Shown here one piece after another: positions 30,383 to 39,960 of a stretch of 64,000 nt of DNA. Source of the stretch: an uncultured archaeon. Lineage in GTDB: Archaea; Aenigmatarchaeota; Aenigmatarchaeia; PWEA01; JAGHBM01. A program made the translations under genes and the position numbers. The notes beneath the pieces are model-generated. The model was not told the DNA's origin. It did not search any database and worked only from the letters and a program-made list of their open reading frames with translations. The stretch spans positions 206,513 to 270,512 of the forward strand of contig CAZOZN010000002.1 of NCBI GenBank assembly GCA_964584335.1. Direction: 5' to 3'. Position 1 is the first letter of the stretch; each line of letters opens with the position of its first letter.

Positions 30383-31516
30383 TTAATAGAATAAATATAC
30401 GACTAGACCGCTCAACAGCTTAGGGTCGAACCATGTTGATTTCGGAGGCATGTCTCTGCCGGCATCAGCTACTTTTTCAACTTCCCTTACGCTGGTTGGA
30501 AATAAACTGAATACAAGGTCATTTCCTTCTTCCACGTATTTTTCCCATCTCTGCTTTCCACCTTCAAAGAATATATTGGGATCTTTTCTTGGGTTTTCTA
30601 TTCCCAGTATCGGTCCCAGTATTTTGTTCTGTAGAATGGATGCATCCAAACTCTTTACAGAATCTTCAGGCACCTCTTTCGTCACTAACTTGTACCATTT
30701 ATCGTGATACATGCATATTGTTCTTTTTTCCGGTATTCCACCCTCCACGACTTCAAAATTTTCTTTTATTTTTTCCATAAAATCTTCAAAAGGAATAGGA
30801 AGCTTTTTTATTACCCTGTTATAAGGAAGAACACGCACTTCGTCGTCGTTTGCCACATAAGCCATCAAGTAGTTCCAGGGTCCCTCTTCTTTTGATTTCA
30901 TATATTCATATGCTGAAGCTATCCTATGATGACCGTCAGCTATGTAAAGATTAACAGGTTCCAATATTTTTTTTATTTCTTCTTCAATTTCTTTGGGTAT
31001 TTTCCATAGTTTGTTTTTCCAACCGTATTTTTCAAAGGCTTTAAATGGCTCTGTTTTCTCTGTTTCGTCAAAAACTTTTTTCAAATCTTCATTTGATTTT
31101 ACTGTCAGCCAAACCAATCCTGTTTGCGCTTCCGTATTTTTTATATGTTTTATTCTGTCTCTTAGTGGTTTTTCTCTTGTCTTTTCGTGTATCTTTATAT
31201 TACCATTCCCGTAATCTTCTAAATCAAACCCGCCAACCAGTCCTCTTTGGGTCCATTCTCCGTTGCTCTGTTTGTACAGATAGAAAGAAGGAGATTGTTC
31301 TTCTAAGATGTTTTCTTTTACCATTCTATCGAGTTCTTTTTTTGCATTTTCATACCTTTCTTCATCCTCTCCTTTAGGTAATATTACATGAATAAAGCTA
31401 TTAGGCTCTTTTCTAATTTCTTCAAGTTCCCTTTCTCCTATAACATCATATGGATTTGTAGTAAATTTTTCCGGTTCTTTCGGGATAAATAGTCGTATAG
31501 GCTTTGATTTTACCAT
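30383..31516 (-). CDS. DUF1015 family protein
   Basis: PYDV, HEKT, YIADGHHR, MPPKSTWFDPKL. Confidence 0.85.
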   Translation of the reverse strand: MVKSKPIRLFIPKEPEKFTTNPYDVIGERELEEIRKEPNSFIHVILPKGEDEERYENAKKELDRMVKENILEEQSPSFYLYKQSNGEWTQRGLVGGFDLEDYGNGNIKIHEKTREKPLRDRIKHIKNTEAQTGLVWLTVKSNEDLKKVFDETEKTEPFKAFEKYGWKNKLWKIPKEIEEEIKKILEPVNLYIADGHHRIASAYEYMKSKEEGPWNYLMAYVANDDEVRVLPYNRVIKKLPIPFEDFMEKIKENFEVVEGGIPEKRTICMYHDKWYKLVTKEVPEDSVKSLDASILQNKILGPILGIENPRKDPNIFFEGGKQRWEKYVEEGNDLVFSLFPTSVREVEKVADAGRDMPPKSTWFDPKLLSGLVVYLFY

Positions 31517-31598
31517 AAAACTTATTTTCGACCCAAAGTTTATAAACTTTACCTGAAAGACACCTCATTATAAATAGTAGGTCCACAAAATTTTGTGT

Positions 31599-32876
31599 AT
31601 GAATTTAAAGTTTTTGGGAGGTGCAATGGAAGTTGGCAGGTCGGGAGTTCTTTTAGACACAGGAAGCGAGAAAATATTGATGGATTACGGGATAAAGATA
31701 GTAAGCCAGGCAGAAGGGCCTCTCCAGTCGCCTAAAATACCAATTGCTACCAACCTTAAATTAGATGCGATGTTACTTTCTCATGCCCATTTGGATCACT
31801 CCGGTTTTGTTCCCAACCTTTATAACAGGGGATATAGAGGCCCTACTTATTCCACTGCCACTACTTTTGATTTGGCAAAGGTTTTGCTTAATGACAGCAT
31901 AAAACTAGCGGATTTGAGAAACCAGGAGAAGTATTTCTTTAAAAAAGACCTTAAGAAAATGGAGAAAAATGAGTACAGAATAACTCATGGCCAGCAGTTT
32001 TACATAGGAAAAACCTCTGTTGGTGTTTACGATGCCGGGCATATACCGGGGTCTGTTTCTTTCCACTTAAACACAGGCAAAAAGTCTATAGTTTATTCAG
32101 GTGATATAAAGAGCAGGGATACCGAGCTTTTGAGGGGTCTTGAGAAAATAAGAGAAAATACAGACATTTTGATTATGGAATCTACTTACGCACAGAGAGA
32201 CCATCCCGACAGGGAGGTTCAGGAAAAGAGGCTAACCGATGCGGTAAGAGAGACTCTTGACAAAGGCGGAACAGCTATGATACCTTGTTTTGCTGTAGGC
32301 AGGGCTCAAGAGGTGCTTTTAATACTGCAGAAGTATGGCCTAGACAAGTATCCGATATACCTTGACGGCATGTCTGTGGCAGCCACCGAAATAATTTTAA
32401 GATACCCCGAGCTCATAAACCAGCCCAAGAAGCTTAAAAAAATATATAGTACGATTACTAAAGTTCACAACAACAGGCAAAGAAGCGCTATAACTAAAAA
32501 ACCCTGCATAATAGTTACTACATCCGGAATGCTTAACGGAGGGCCGATTGCATACTACCTCGGCAAGCTTTATAATAGGAAAGATTGTTCTTTAACTTTG
32601 ACTGGTTTCCAGGTACCCGGGTCTGCTGGACACGGGCTGTTAGAGACGGGAAATTATGTAACTGATGATAAATCATTTAAGGTAAAATGCAATATAGATT
32701 TTATAGATTTGAGCGCACATTCAGGTAGAAAGGAACTATTTGAATATGTCCAGATGATAGACCCGGAAAAGGTTTTCGTTATACATGGAGATTCCTGTGA
32801 CAGGTTCGCAAGGGAACTCGCTGAGAAAGGTTATGATGCATACGCGCCAGAGAGAGGCGAAAAATGCGATTTATGA
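31599..32876 (+). CDS. Beta-CASP metallo-beta-lactamase ribonuclease
   Basis: GGAMEVGRS, SHAHLDH, AGHIPGS, MESTY, FAVGRAQE, SAH. Confidence 0.9.
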   Translation: MNLKFLGGAMEVGRSGVLLDTGSEKILMDYGIKIVSQAEGPLQSPKIPIATNLKLDAMLLSHAHLDHSGFVPNLYNRGYRGPTYSTATTFDLAKVLLNDSIKLADLRNQEKYFFKKDLKKMEKNEYRITHGQQFYIGKTSVGVYDAGHIPGSVSFHLNTGKKSIVYSGDIKSRDTELLRGLEKIRENTDILIMESTYAQRDHPDREVQEKRLTDAVRETLDKGGTAMIPCFAVGRAQEVLLILQKYGLDKYPIYLDGMSVAATEIILRYPELINQPKKLKKIYSTITKVHNNRQRSAITKKPCIIVTTSGMLNGGPIAYYLGKLYNRKDCSLTLTGFQVPGSAGHGLLETGNYVTDDKSFKVKCNIDFIDLSAHSGRKELFEYVQMIDPEKVFVIHGDSCDRFARELAEKGYDAYAPERGEKCDL

Positions 32877-32886
32877 TGGTGTTTTT

Positions 32887-33900
32887 TTGATTGAAGTGGA
32901 TGGTTCTTACTTGGAAGGAGGAGGCCAGATTTTGAGGACATCTGTTGCACTTTCTTCTGTTACTGGAAAACCTTTCAAAATTTACAATATAAGGAAAGGC
33001 AGAGACAGGTCCGGACTAAAACACCAGCACTTAAAAGCCATAGAACTCGTTTCTAAAATATCAAGAGCTAAAGTTAAAGGAGCTTCAATAGGTTCAAGCA
33101 ATGTGGAATTCTTTCCCGGTTCTTTGAAAGGCGGTAAGTATAAAGTTGATATAGGAACTGCAGGTTCTATAACACTATTGTTGCATGCTGTAATACCACC
33201 ATGCCTTTATTTGGGTGAAAATGTTGACATAGAGCTTGTAGGAGGCACCAATGTTCCCTGGTCTCCGACAACTGACTTTTTTCGTCATGTTTTCTGTAAT
33301 TTCCTTGACAGAATGGGTGTTTTTATAAGAGTTGATGTCAAGAAACATGGATTTTATCCTAGAGGTGGAGGAAAAATAAGAGTTCTTATGGAACCGCGCA
33401 AAAGACTTAAAAAACTAAATCTTACTGAAAGAGGCAAGTTCAAAAGAATAGACGTATGGTCTATATCTTCCAAAGATTTAAAGGACAGAAAAGTTTCTGA
33501 AAGACAGTTAAGTTCTTTTAAGGAAAAGCTTAAAATGGAAGGTCACGAACACGCGGTTTACACCGATACTTTGTCTACCGGTACTTCCATACATGCTCAT
33601 GCACATTATACGAAAACCAAGCTGGGTGCCGATGTCCTAGGTCAAAAAGGCATACCAGCAGAAAAAATAGGTTCTGACTGTGCTGAAGTATTAAAGAAGC
33701 AAATGGAAAGCGGTGCATGTCTTGATGAGTGGATGGCTGATCAGATACTTCCTTATATGGCTATTTCAGGTGGTGGAAAGGTTTCTGTCGCGGAAGTAAC
33801 AGAACACTCTAAGTCAAACATGTGGGTAATAGAAAAATTCCTTCCAGTCAAATTTAAAATAAGGAAAAACATCATAAGTTGCTATAAAGATAAAAAATAA
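32887..33900 (+). CDS. rtcA: RNA 3'-terminal phosphate cyclase
   Basis: DGSYLEGGGQILR, GLKHQH, GFYPRGGG, ADQ..H..SN; likely TTG start at 32887. Confidence 0.92.
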   Translation: MIEVDGSYLEGGGQILRTSVALSSVTGKPFKIYNIRKGRDRSGLKHQHLKAIELVSKISRAKVKGASIGSSNVEFFPGSLKGGKYKVDIGTAGSITLLLHAVIPPCLYLGENVDIELVGGTNVPWSPTTDFFRHVFCNFLDRMGVFIRVDVKKHGFYPRGGGKIRVLMEPRKRLKKLNLTERGKFKRIDVWSISSKDLKDRKVSERQLSSFKEKLKMEGHEHAVYTDTLSTGTSIHAHAHYTKTKLGADVLGQKGIPAEKIGSDCAEVLKKQMESGACLDEWMADQILPYMAISGGGKVSVAEVTEHSKSNMWVIEKFLPVKFKIRKNIISCYKDKK

Positions 33901-33909
33901 GGGAATTTT

Positions 33910-34326
33910 TTATTTCAGTTTTATTTTCTTTCCCTTCATCTTCTTTTTTTCTTTCTTAGGAAGATTTACTTTAAGAACGCCGTCCTTCATCTCGGCTTCT
34001 ATGTTTTCTTCGTCCACTTCTACTGGCAAAGTAAGTTCTCTGTAAAACTTACCACATCTTCTTTCCTGCCTGAAGTAGTTCTTCTTTTCTTCGACTTCTT
34101 CTTTGTTTTTTTCGGCTTCTATAATTATTCTGTTATCCATGATTCTCAGTGAAACGTCTTTCTTGTCAAATCCAGGCAGATTAGCTTTTATTATTATTTC
34201 TTCATCATTTTCCGACATATCTGTCGGTATTCCTGAAAAATATCCCCCTGAAACTTTTTCTATTTCGTTCCATGGTTCCCAGTCTTCATCTTCCCAGAAA
34301 AATCTGAATGGCCTTCTCCTTCTCAT
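33910..34326 (-). CDS. hsp20: Small heat-shock protein (Hsp20/alpha-crystallin)
   Basis: LPGFDK, ERRCGKFYRELTLP, A..KDGVLKVNLPK, C-terminal IKL. Confidence 0.93.
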   Translation of the reverse strand: MRRRRPFRFFWEDEDWEPWNEIEKVSGGYFSGIPTDMSENDEEIIIKANLPGFDKKDVSLRIMDNRIIIEAEKNKEEVEEKKNYFRQERRCGKFYRELTLPVEVDEENIEAEMKDGVLKVNLPKKEKKKMKGKKIKLK

Positions 34327-34338
34327 TTTATCACCACC

Positions 34339-34387
34339 TTTTTAGTTTACTTAAACACTAAAAATATACAGGTTCAATTATTTAAAA
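34339..34387 (-). promoter_or_regulatory. hsp20 promoter with inverted-repeat operator
   Basis: TTTTTAGTTTACTTAAACACTAAAAA at 34339-34364 between TATA-like TTTTAAATA and the GGTGA RBS. Confidence 0.7.
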
Positions 34388-34402
34388 TTAACCCAGAAAT
34401 AA

Positions 34403-35053
34403 TCATATGCTTTCAAGCGCTTTCTTTATAGCATTCTTCGCGTAAATGTTTCTTTTTGATGCCGGTGCTCCATGGCCCGGTAATAGTATTTCTATTTCAC
34501 CGAGTTTTTTTATTTTACCCAAAGATTTTTTGAGTTCATTTTCTTTTCCTCCGGGCAGATCTGTTCTTCCTATGCCATCGAGGAATAAAGTATCACCGCT
34601 TATCAGTATTTTGTTGTTTTCGTCCCATAAACATACCCCACCCGATGTATGTCCCGGAGTATGAATGACCTCAAAAGAGTAGCTGCCTGTTTTTATAACA
34701 TCACCTTCTTTTATTGTACTGTCCGCTTTTACTTTTTCATAATCTATTTCGAAATCCTCGGCCATAGTATCCTTACCTGTCTCTAAACCCTCTTTATCTT
34801 TTTCATGTACGAGTATTTTTGCCCCTGTAAGTTTCTTCCATTTTTTTGCAGCGCCACAGTGGTCAAAATGTGAGTGTGTTATTATTATTTTGCTTATTTT
34901 CTTTGGATTTACTCCATATTCCTTTAGTTGTTCTATAGTCTCCTCAAAAAACAAACCGCTACCACAGTCTATCAATATGTCATTGTTTATGCAGAATACG
35001 TTTGAGTCAAATTCTGCACCGTCTACCAGGAATATGTCCTCGCTCAGTTTCAT
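34403..35053 (-). CDS. MBL-fold metallo-hydrolase (glyoxalase II-like)
   Basis: THSHFDH, HTPGHT, SGDTLF..GRTD, PGHG. Confidence 0.9.
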   Translation of the reverse strand: MKLSEDIFLVDGAEFDSNVFCINNDILIDCGSGLFFEETIEQLKEYGVNPKKISKIIITHSHFDHCGAAKKWKKLTGAKILVHEKDKEGLETGKDTMAEDFEIDYEKVKADSTIKEGDVIKTGSYSFEVIHTPGHTSGGVCLWDENNKILISGDTLFLDGIGRTDLPGGKENELKKSLGKIKKLGEIEILLPGHGAPASKRNIYAKNAIKKALESI

Positions 35054-35121
35054 TTTCTCACCAATCTAAAGAAGAATTCGTAAATTTAAATAAATTTATC
35101 TATTTGGAGATACAGTTTAGT

Positions 35122-35994
35122 CTATTCAATTTTTTCGTAGAGCTTTTCATATGCTTTTAGTACGGAAACCACGACTTCTTTTATCTCTTTTTCATGGTTT
35201 TTGGCACCAGGCCTTACATCTTTCAGCTGCTTTAAAACTTTATCACATTCTTTCTCGACATTTTTTGATAATTTGAAAGGTTTCTTTATTTTTTCTTTGT
35301 ACTTTGCTGATTTCATCTCTAAGGGAATCCACATGTTGTGATAGCCTATAAATATTATCATTAGGTTTGCCAGGTTTTTTCTGCTTGTTTTTATTTTTTT
35401 ATTGTTTTCGAATGACAACAACTTCTTTTCTTCATATATTTCTTCTTCAAACCCGTTCTCTATAAGAATAGTATCAACTATAAGGTCTTTCATGCATAGT
35501 ATGCAAAAGGTGACCAGTTTTATTATGTCTGATAGGACTTCTTCGTAATTCTCGCCTATTCTTTCGAGAGTTTTTATTATTAAAGGCCATTGTTTTTTTC
35601 CAACTTCTGATATTCTTGGTTCTATGCCGTTTGATTTTACAACTGTGTGCATGTATTCGTGAGCTATCAACCCCTTTGCGTATTTTCTGTTTTTTATGAA
35701 TTTGTCTTTTATGTTTATCATTATCTTTACTTTCTTTTTTTCTGTTATAGAAAATGATGAAACGCTTTCTGAAAGCCAGAACTCCATCTTATCGTATCTT
35801 CTTCCATGGTACATCTTTTCAGGGTTTGCTATCTTTAGGAATGCTTTTTTGGGATTTTCAGTAAAAAGGAAAAAAACCTCGTCAAATTTATTTTTTCCTA
35901 TTTTTTTTACTATTTCGTCAACAATGGGATATAACAGTTCCTTTACAAATTTTTTTCTGCTATCGGTTTTTTTTATTAGTTTCATAAAAATCAT
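35122..35994 (-). CDS. Hypothetical protein with HExxH motif
   Basis: GLIAHEYMH; co-oriented after porA. Confidence 0.7.
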   Translation of the reverse strand: MIFMKLIKKTDSRKKFVKELLYPIVDEIVKKIGKNKFDEVFFLFTENPKKAFLKIANPEKMYHGRRYDKMEFWLSESVSSFSITEKKKVKIMINIKDKFIKNRKYAKGLIAHEYMHTVVKSNGIEPRISEVGKKQWPLIIKTLERIGENYEEVLSDIIKLVTFCILCMKDLIVDTILIENGFEEEIYEEKKLLSFENNKKIKTSRKNLANLMIIFIGYHNMWIPLEMKSAKYKEKIKKPFKLSKNVEKECDKVLKQLKDVRPGAKNHEKEIKEVVVSVLKAYEKLYEKIE

Positions 35995-37136
35995 TAAAGA
36001 ATCCAGTATTTCTTCGGTTTTTTTGTTCTAACCGTCTTTTTGTATATGTCAGTAAAGTCCTTTAGTCCGGTGTGAGTTCCACCCAAACTCACTATGAAAT
36101 CGGATACCACAGCATTATTATCGTAAAGTGCCGACTTTATCTCAGGAAAAACTATACCGCCGTATCCGGGTGCTATATTGTTGTCTATTACAGCTACTCT
36201 TTTAACATCATCCAAGGATTTTTTTATTTGTTCTTCAGGAAAAGGCCTGTAACTTCTCAATCTAAGCAAACCCACTTTCTTTCCTTTTTTTCTTAAGTTG
36301 TTTACTGCTTCTTTTACTGTAGTCGATATTGCTCCGGTAGTTACAAAGGCGAACTTGGCGTCACTCATTTTATATTCTTCAACCAGTCCGTATTTTCTTC
36401 CAAATTTTTTCTCGAATTTTTTCCCAACTTTTTTTATTTTTTCGATAGCATTAAGTTGTGCTTTGTGTTGCTGTGCCCTAAATTTCATATAGTCCTTGCC
36501 CATTGCGGAAATTCCCTGGCACATTGGATTTTTTGGGTCCAAAACAACCTTGGGCCTGTACCTTGGTATGAAATTTCTTACGTCAAATCTGTCCGGTATC
36601 TCCACAGGCTCTCTGGTGTAAGAATGTATAAATCCTTCCATGTTTACCAAAGCTGGAAGCATCACTTCTTCATCTTCACATATTTTATAAGCCTGAATTA
36701 TAGAATCTAAAACTTCCTGGTTGTTTTGAGAAAAGAATATCAACCATCCAGTATCTCTCATTGCAAGTATATCGTTTTGATCTGTCCACAGGGTAACGGG
36801 CGCAGACAGACCGCGCGATACATTTACCATTACAATTGGTAATCTCATACCGGATGCTATGTACATAACCTCGTGCATATAGAGAGTGCCCTGGGAACTT
36901 GATGCGGTAAAAGTTCTTAATCCAGATGCTTCTGAGCCTATGCATGCAGACATTACAGAATGCTCCCCGTCAACATCTACAAATTCTCCTCTCCATTTAC
37001 CGTCTACTTTCCATTTGGCCAGTTTTTCTATAAGTTCGGTTTGTGGTGTTATTGGAAAGTTAGGGACAACTTTTACGTCAGAAAGCCTTACTCCCCATGC
37101 AGCAGCCGTGTTACCGTCCATCAAGGTCTTTTTCAT
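35994..37136 (-). CDS. porA: Pyruvate/2-oxoacid:ferredoxin oxidoreductase alpha subunit
   Basis: GNTAAA, PITPQT, EH, TASSSQG, RSYRPFP. Confidence 0.93.
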   Translation of the reverse strand: MKKTLMDGNTAAAWGVRLSDVKVVPNFPITPQTELIEKLAKWKVDGKWRGEFVDVDGEHSVMSACIGSEASGLRTFTASSSQGTLYMHEVMYIASGMRLPIVMVNVSRGLSAPVTLWTDQNDILAMRDTGWLIFFSQNNQEVLDSIIQAYKICEDEEVMLPALVNMEGFIHSYTREPVEIPDRFDVRNFIPRYRPKVVLDPKNPMCQGISAMGKDYMKFRAQQHKAQLNAIEKIKKVGKKFEKKFGRKYGLVEEYKMSDAKFAFVTTGAISTTVKEAVNNLRKKGKKVGLLRLRSYRPFPEEQIKKSLDDVKRVAVIDNNIAPGYGGIVFPEIKSALYDNNAVVSDFIVSLGGTHTGLKDFTDIYKKTVRTKKPKKYWIL

Positions 37137-37435
37137 TTACTCACCCCACTTTCATGAAAGTCCTTTTTCATTTCTATTGCATTTACTGGACAATTTTTTG
37201 AGCATATACCACAGCCTTTGCATATTTTATAATCAAAAACCGGTCTCCCTTTCTTATCAATTTTTATTGCATTCTCGGGGCAAATCTTAAAACAAAGCTT
37301 GCATGATATGCATTTTTCATTCCTTACTGGTTTGTATACTCTCCAAGCCCCAGTGTTAATGGTTTTTGCTTCGTTTGCCTTTATTACGGGTATTCCTTTA
37401 ACTCCTTTATATTTTATTTTGTGTTCTTCAATCAT
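37133..37435 (-). CDS. porD: Oxidoreductase delta subunit (2x[4Fe-4S])
   Basis: TGAWR..P, two CxxCxxCxxxCP motifs. Confidence 0.9.
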   Translation of the reverse strand: MIEEHKIKYKGVKGIPVIKANEAKTINTGAWRVYKPVRNEKCISCKLCFKICPENAIKIDKKGRPVFDYKICKGCGICSKNCPVNAIEMKKDFHESGVSK

Positions 37436-37444
37436 GATATCGTC

Positions 37445-37990
37445 TCATATTTTTAGCTTATTGTAACAGGTCTCTATTGCTTTTTTGTTTTTTTCTATAA
37501 GTTCTTCTTTGCCTTCTTCTTCCAATTCTTTTTTCATTGCATCGATTAGAGATTCTATGGTTATTTTTTTGAAAATTTTTACAAATGCTCCCAGTATAGC
37601 GGTATTCGGTATCGGAACCCCGATACAATCAATTGCTATTTTTGTTGCATCTATAGTATAGACTTCTTGTTTCAATTTTGAAAAATAGCCCGGATATTTG
37701 TTGGTATTAATTAATAGAGTACCGTCTTTTTTTAATCCTTTTGTTACTTCTTCCATATCGAGGGTATCATCTATGCATATAACAAAATCTGGGTCGAAAA
37801 TATAGTCTCTCTCAAGTATTTCTTTTTTGTCCATTCTCAAGAAAGAAGTCAGTGGAGCTCCCCTCCTTTCCGCTCCGTATACAGCAAAACTTTGTGTTTG
37901 ATAACCCGAAAGAAAAGCAGCCCTGCCCAATATATGAGCAGCCAATTTTATTCCTTGCCCTCCCCTGCCGTGAAACCTAATTTTATACAT
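37445..37990 (-). CDS. porG: Oxidoreductase gamma subunit
   Basis: IRFHGRGGQG, YGAERRGAP, PNTAILGA. Confidence 0.92.
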   Translation of the reverse strand: MYKIRFHGRGGQGIKLAAHILGRAAFLSGYQTQSFAVYGAERRGAPLTSFLRMDKKEILERDYIFDPDFVICIDDTLDMEEVTKGLKKDGTLLINTNKYPGYFSKLKQEVYTIDATKIAIDCIGVPIPNTAILGAFVKIFKKITIESLIDAMKKELEEEGKEELIEKNKKAIETCYNKLKI

Positions 37991-38529
37991 TATCTACCCC
38001 TTCTATAGTTTCTTTGAGTGTAGTTGTTTTGTTTGTAGTCTGATGAATTTCCTTGGTTGTAGTACCTTCTTGTGACCCTGCTTATGGCTTTGTTTATTAT
38101 ATTTTCGACTTCTCTGGGTTTGTTTACTGAAAGCAGCCAGAATTGGGCTTCTCCCGTGTCTATTTCTATATTTCCAATCCCAAGTATCCTATCGTGCCAT
38201 TTATTGTCAAATAGTATCTTTTCAATCATCTGGTAAGGTATGTAGTCAGTTTTTTTGTTTATTATACCTTCTTCCTTGATTATTCTGTTTTCAGTTATGC
38301 TATATTTTACCATCAGTCTCTTTATTTCTACCAATATAACAAAAAGTATGCTTAATCCAATGAGCAAGTATGATAAGTAGTCAGCAAATGCTGCCAAAAA
38401 ACCTATTTCTATTATACCAAACAGTAAAACACCGGTTAATGCTAAGAATAATATAGAAACAATGTAATAATGTAGGAATGCCTTTCTTGATTTTTTACCT
38501 TTCCAAAAAATTCTTTCTTCTTTCATCAA
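37990..38529 (-). CDS. Membrane protein with bacterial PH (bPH_2) domain
   Basis: Two TMs, YSITENRI..GII, RILGIGNIEIDT. Confidence 0.75.
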   Translation of the reverse strand: MMKEERIFWKGKKSRKAFLHYYIVSILFLALTGVLLFGIIEIGFLAAFADYLSYLLIGLSILFVILVEIKRLMVKYSITENRIIKEEGIINKKTDYIPYQMIEKILFDNKWHDRILGIGNIEIDTGEAQFWLLSVNKPREVENIINKAISRVTRRYYNQGNSSDYKQNNYTQRNYRRGR

Positions 38530-39128
38530 TTCACCCTTATGTCAACAGCCCAGGTATTTTTTCTAGAACACATGACAGGATTTATATCCATCTCTTTTAT
38601 ACCTTCTTTCAACATCAAGTTAGATACTTTTTTTATTGTTTCACAAAGTCCTTCAATATCATATTTCTTACCCCTGTAGCCCTTCAATATACGATATATC
38701 TTGCTTTCTTTAATCATATCCTTGGCTGCCTTTTTTGATACGGGACAAACCCTAAAACTTATATCGTCGAGTATTTCTACGAATATACCACCAGTACCAA
38801 AACTAACACAGGGACCAAACTGGGAATCTTCTATACCCCCTATTATTGTTTCTATACCCTCCACTTGTTTTTGCAGCAACACGGAACCTTCTGATTTTTT
38901 CATAATCTTGTTGAAAGCATTTTTCAAATCTTTCCTATATAGGTCAGTCAATACGCCGCCCGCTTCGGTTTTATGGCTTATGTTTGGAGAAATTGTTTTA
39001 ATTACTACAGGATAACCGACTTTTTCTGCAAAATCCAAAGCATCTTTTTGCCTTTTGGCAACCAAGTACTTTGGTGTTTTTATTTTATATTTTCTTGCAA
39101 GCTTTATAGATTCTTCAGGGGGCATCAT
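38526..39128 (-). CDS. acdB: Acetate-CoA ligase (ADP-forming) beta subunit, ATP-grasp
   Basis: GYPVVIK..SP.ISHKTEAGGV, FGP..FGTGG.FVE, EMDINP. Confidence 0.9.
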   Translation of the reverse strand: MMPPEESIKLARKYKIKTPKYLVAKRQKDALDFAEKVGYPVVIKTISPNISHKTEAGGVLTDLYRKDLKNAFNKIMKKSEGSVLLQKQVEGIETIIGGIEDSQFGPCVSFGTGGIFVEILDDISFRVCPVSKKAAKDMIKESKIYRILKGYRGKKYDIEGLCETIKKVSNLMLKEGIKEMDINPVMCSRKNTWAVDIRVN

Positions 39129-39235
39129 GATTATAGTTAATAAAATAGTTTATATAATATTTTCTAAGGCATTCTGACATGTACAGAACATACCAAATTC
39201 TCATTATCGAATAAAATATGATAACACTAGACAAA

Positions 39236-39523
39236 TCAGTCTTCTTCCATTTCGTCAGGTTCTTTTATTGTCGGTGGAGTTATATGCTGTACTATTACTA
39301 TGTCATCCACTGACTTAACCATTTGATAAGGTACAATAACTCCTCTCTTACTACCAACCATTTCAGCCAAATAAGAGTTTCTGGCAGCTTCTATAACGAG
39401 AGATCTTACTCTGAATTTGTTTAAATTAACCTTTACATCTCCTACTCTTCCACAATAAGTTCCCTTAGTGGTAAAAACGTCTTTTCCAAACATTTCAGAA
39501 AGATTTTTCACATTTATTGGCAT
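39236..39523 (-). CDS. PRC-barrel domain protein (CdpB-like)
   Basis: GKDVFTTKG.YCGRVGDV..VIVPYQMVKSVDDIVIV PRC pattern. Confidence 0.8.
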   Translation of the reverse strand: MPINVKNLSEMFGKDVFTTKGTYCGRVGDVKVNLNKFRVRSLVIEAARNSYLAEMVGSKRGVIVPYQMVKSVDDIVIVQHITPPTIKEPDEMEED

Positions 39524-39632
39524 AACTCTACCCCCTTTTTAATATAATCGTTTACTTTTAATATTTATAGCTCTTACATCTATTTAAATGTTAAAAGAAT
39601 TTGGGAATTTTAGATTTTTTGGTTTTAAAGAG

Positions 39633-39720
39633 GCTGAGGTGGCCGAGTGGTTTAAGGCGCTGGCCTGCTAAGCTAGTGGGGCACGTCCCCGCGAGGGTTC
39701 GAATCCCTCCCTCAGCGCCA
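39633..39720 (+). tRNA. tRNA-Ser(GCT), intronless, CCA encoded
   Basis: GCTGAGG/CCTCAGC acceptor, CTGGC-CTGCTAA-GCTAG anticodon arm, long variable arm, GGTTCGAATCC. Confidence 0.95.
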
Positions 39721-39767
39721 TTAAAATCTAATAAGCTTAAATACTAAGAATATAATAAAAAATTGAC

Positions 39768-39899
39768 GGGCTGGTAGTCTAGTGGTTATGACGCTGCCCT
39801 TACAAACCTTTTACTCAGCGAAAAAGGTTTAATAAAATTGGCTGGATTAAAGTTTGTGAAAGGCAGAGGTCGGGAGTTCGACTCTCCCCCGGCCCACCA
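39768..39899 (+). tRNA. tRNA-Val(TAC) with 56-nt intron at 37/38 (39805-39860)
   Basis: GGGCTGG/CCGGCCC acceptor, CTGCC/GGCAG anticodon stem split by insert, GTTCGAC T-loop, ACCA; GCTTAAATACT promoter at 39735-39745. Confidence 0.9.
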
Positions 39900-39960
39900 C
39901 CAAGGAAATAAAACTATAAAAAGGTTGAAAGACCAAGAAGATAAATCAGGAAATGAAAAT

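Noticed and set aside
32785-32886. N-terminal extension of RtcA in the ORF track
   Set aside because: Overlaps the upstream RNase gene; family-typical start is IEVDGS from TTG at 32887
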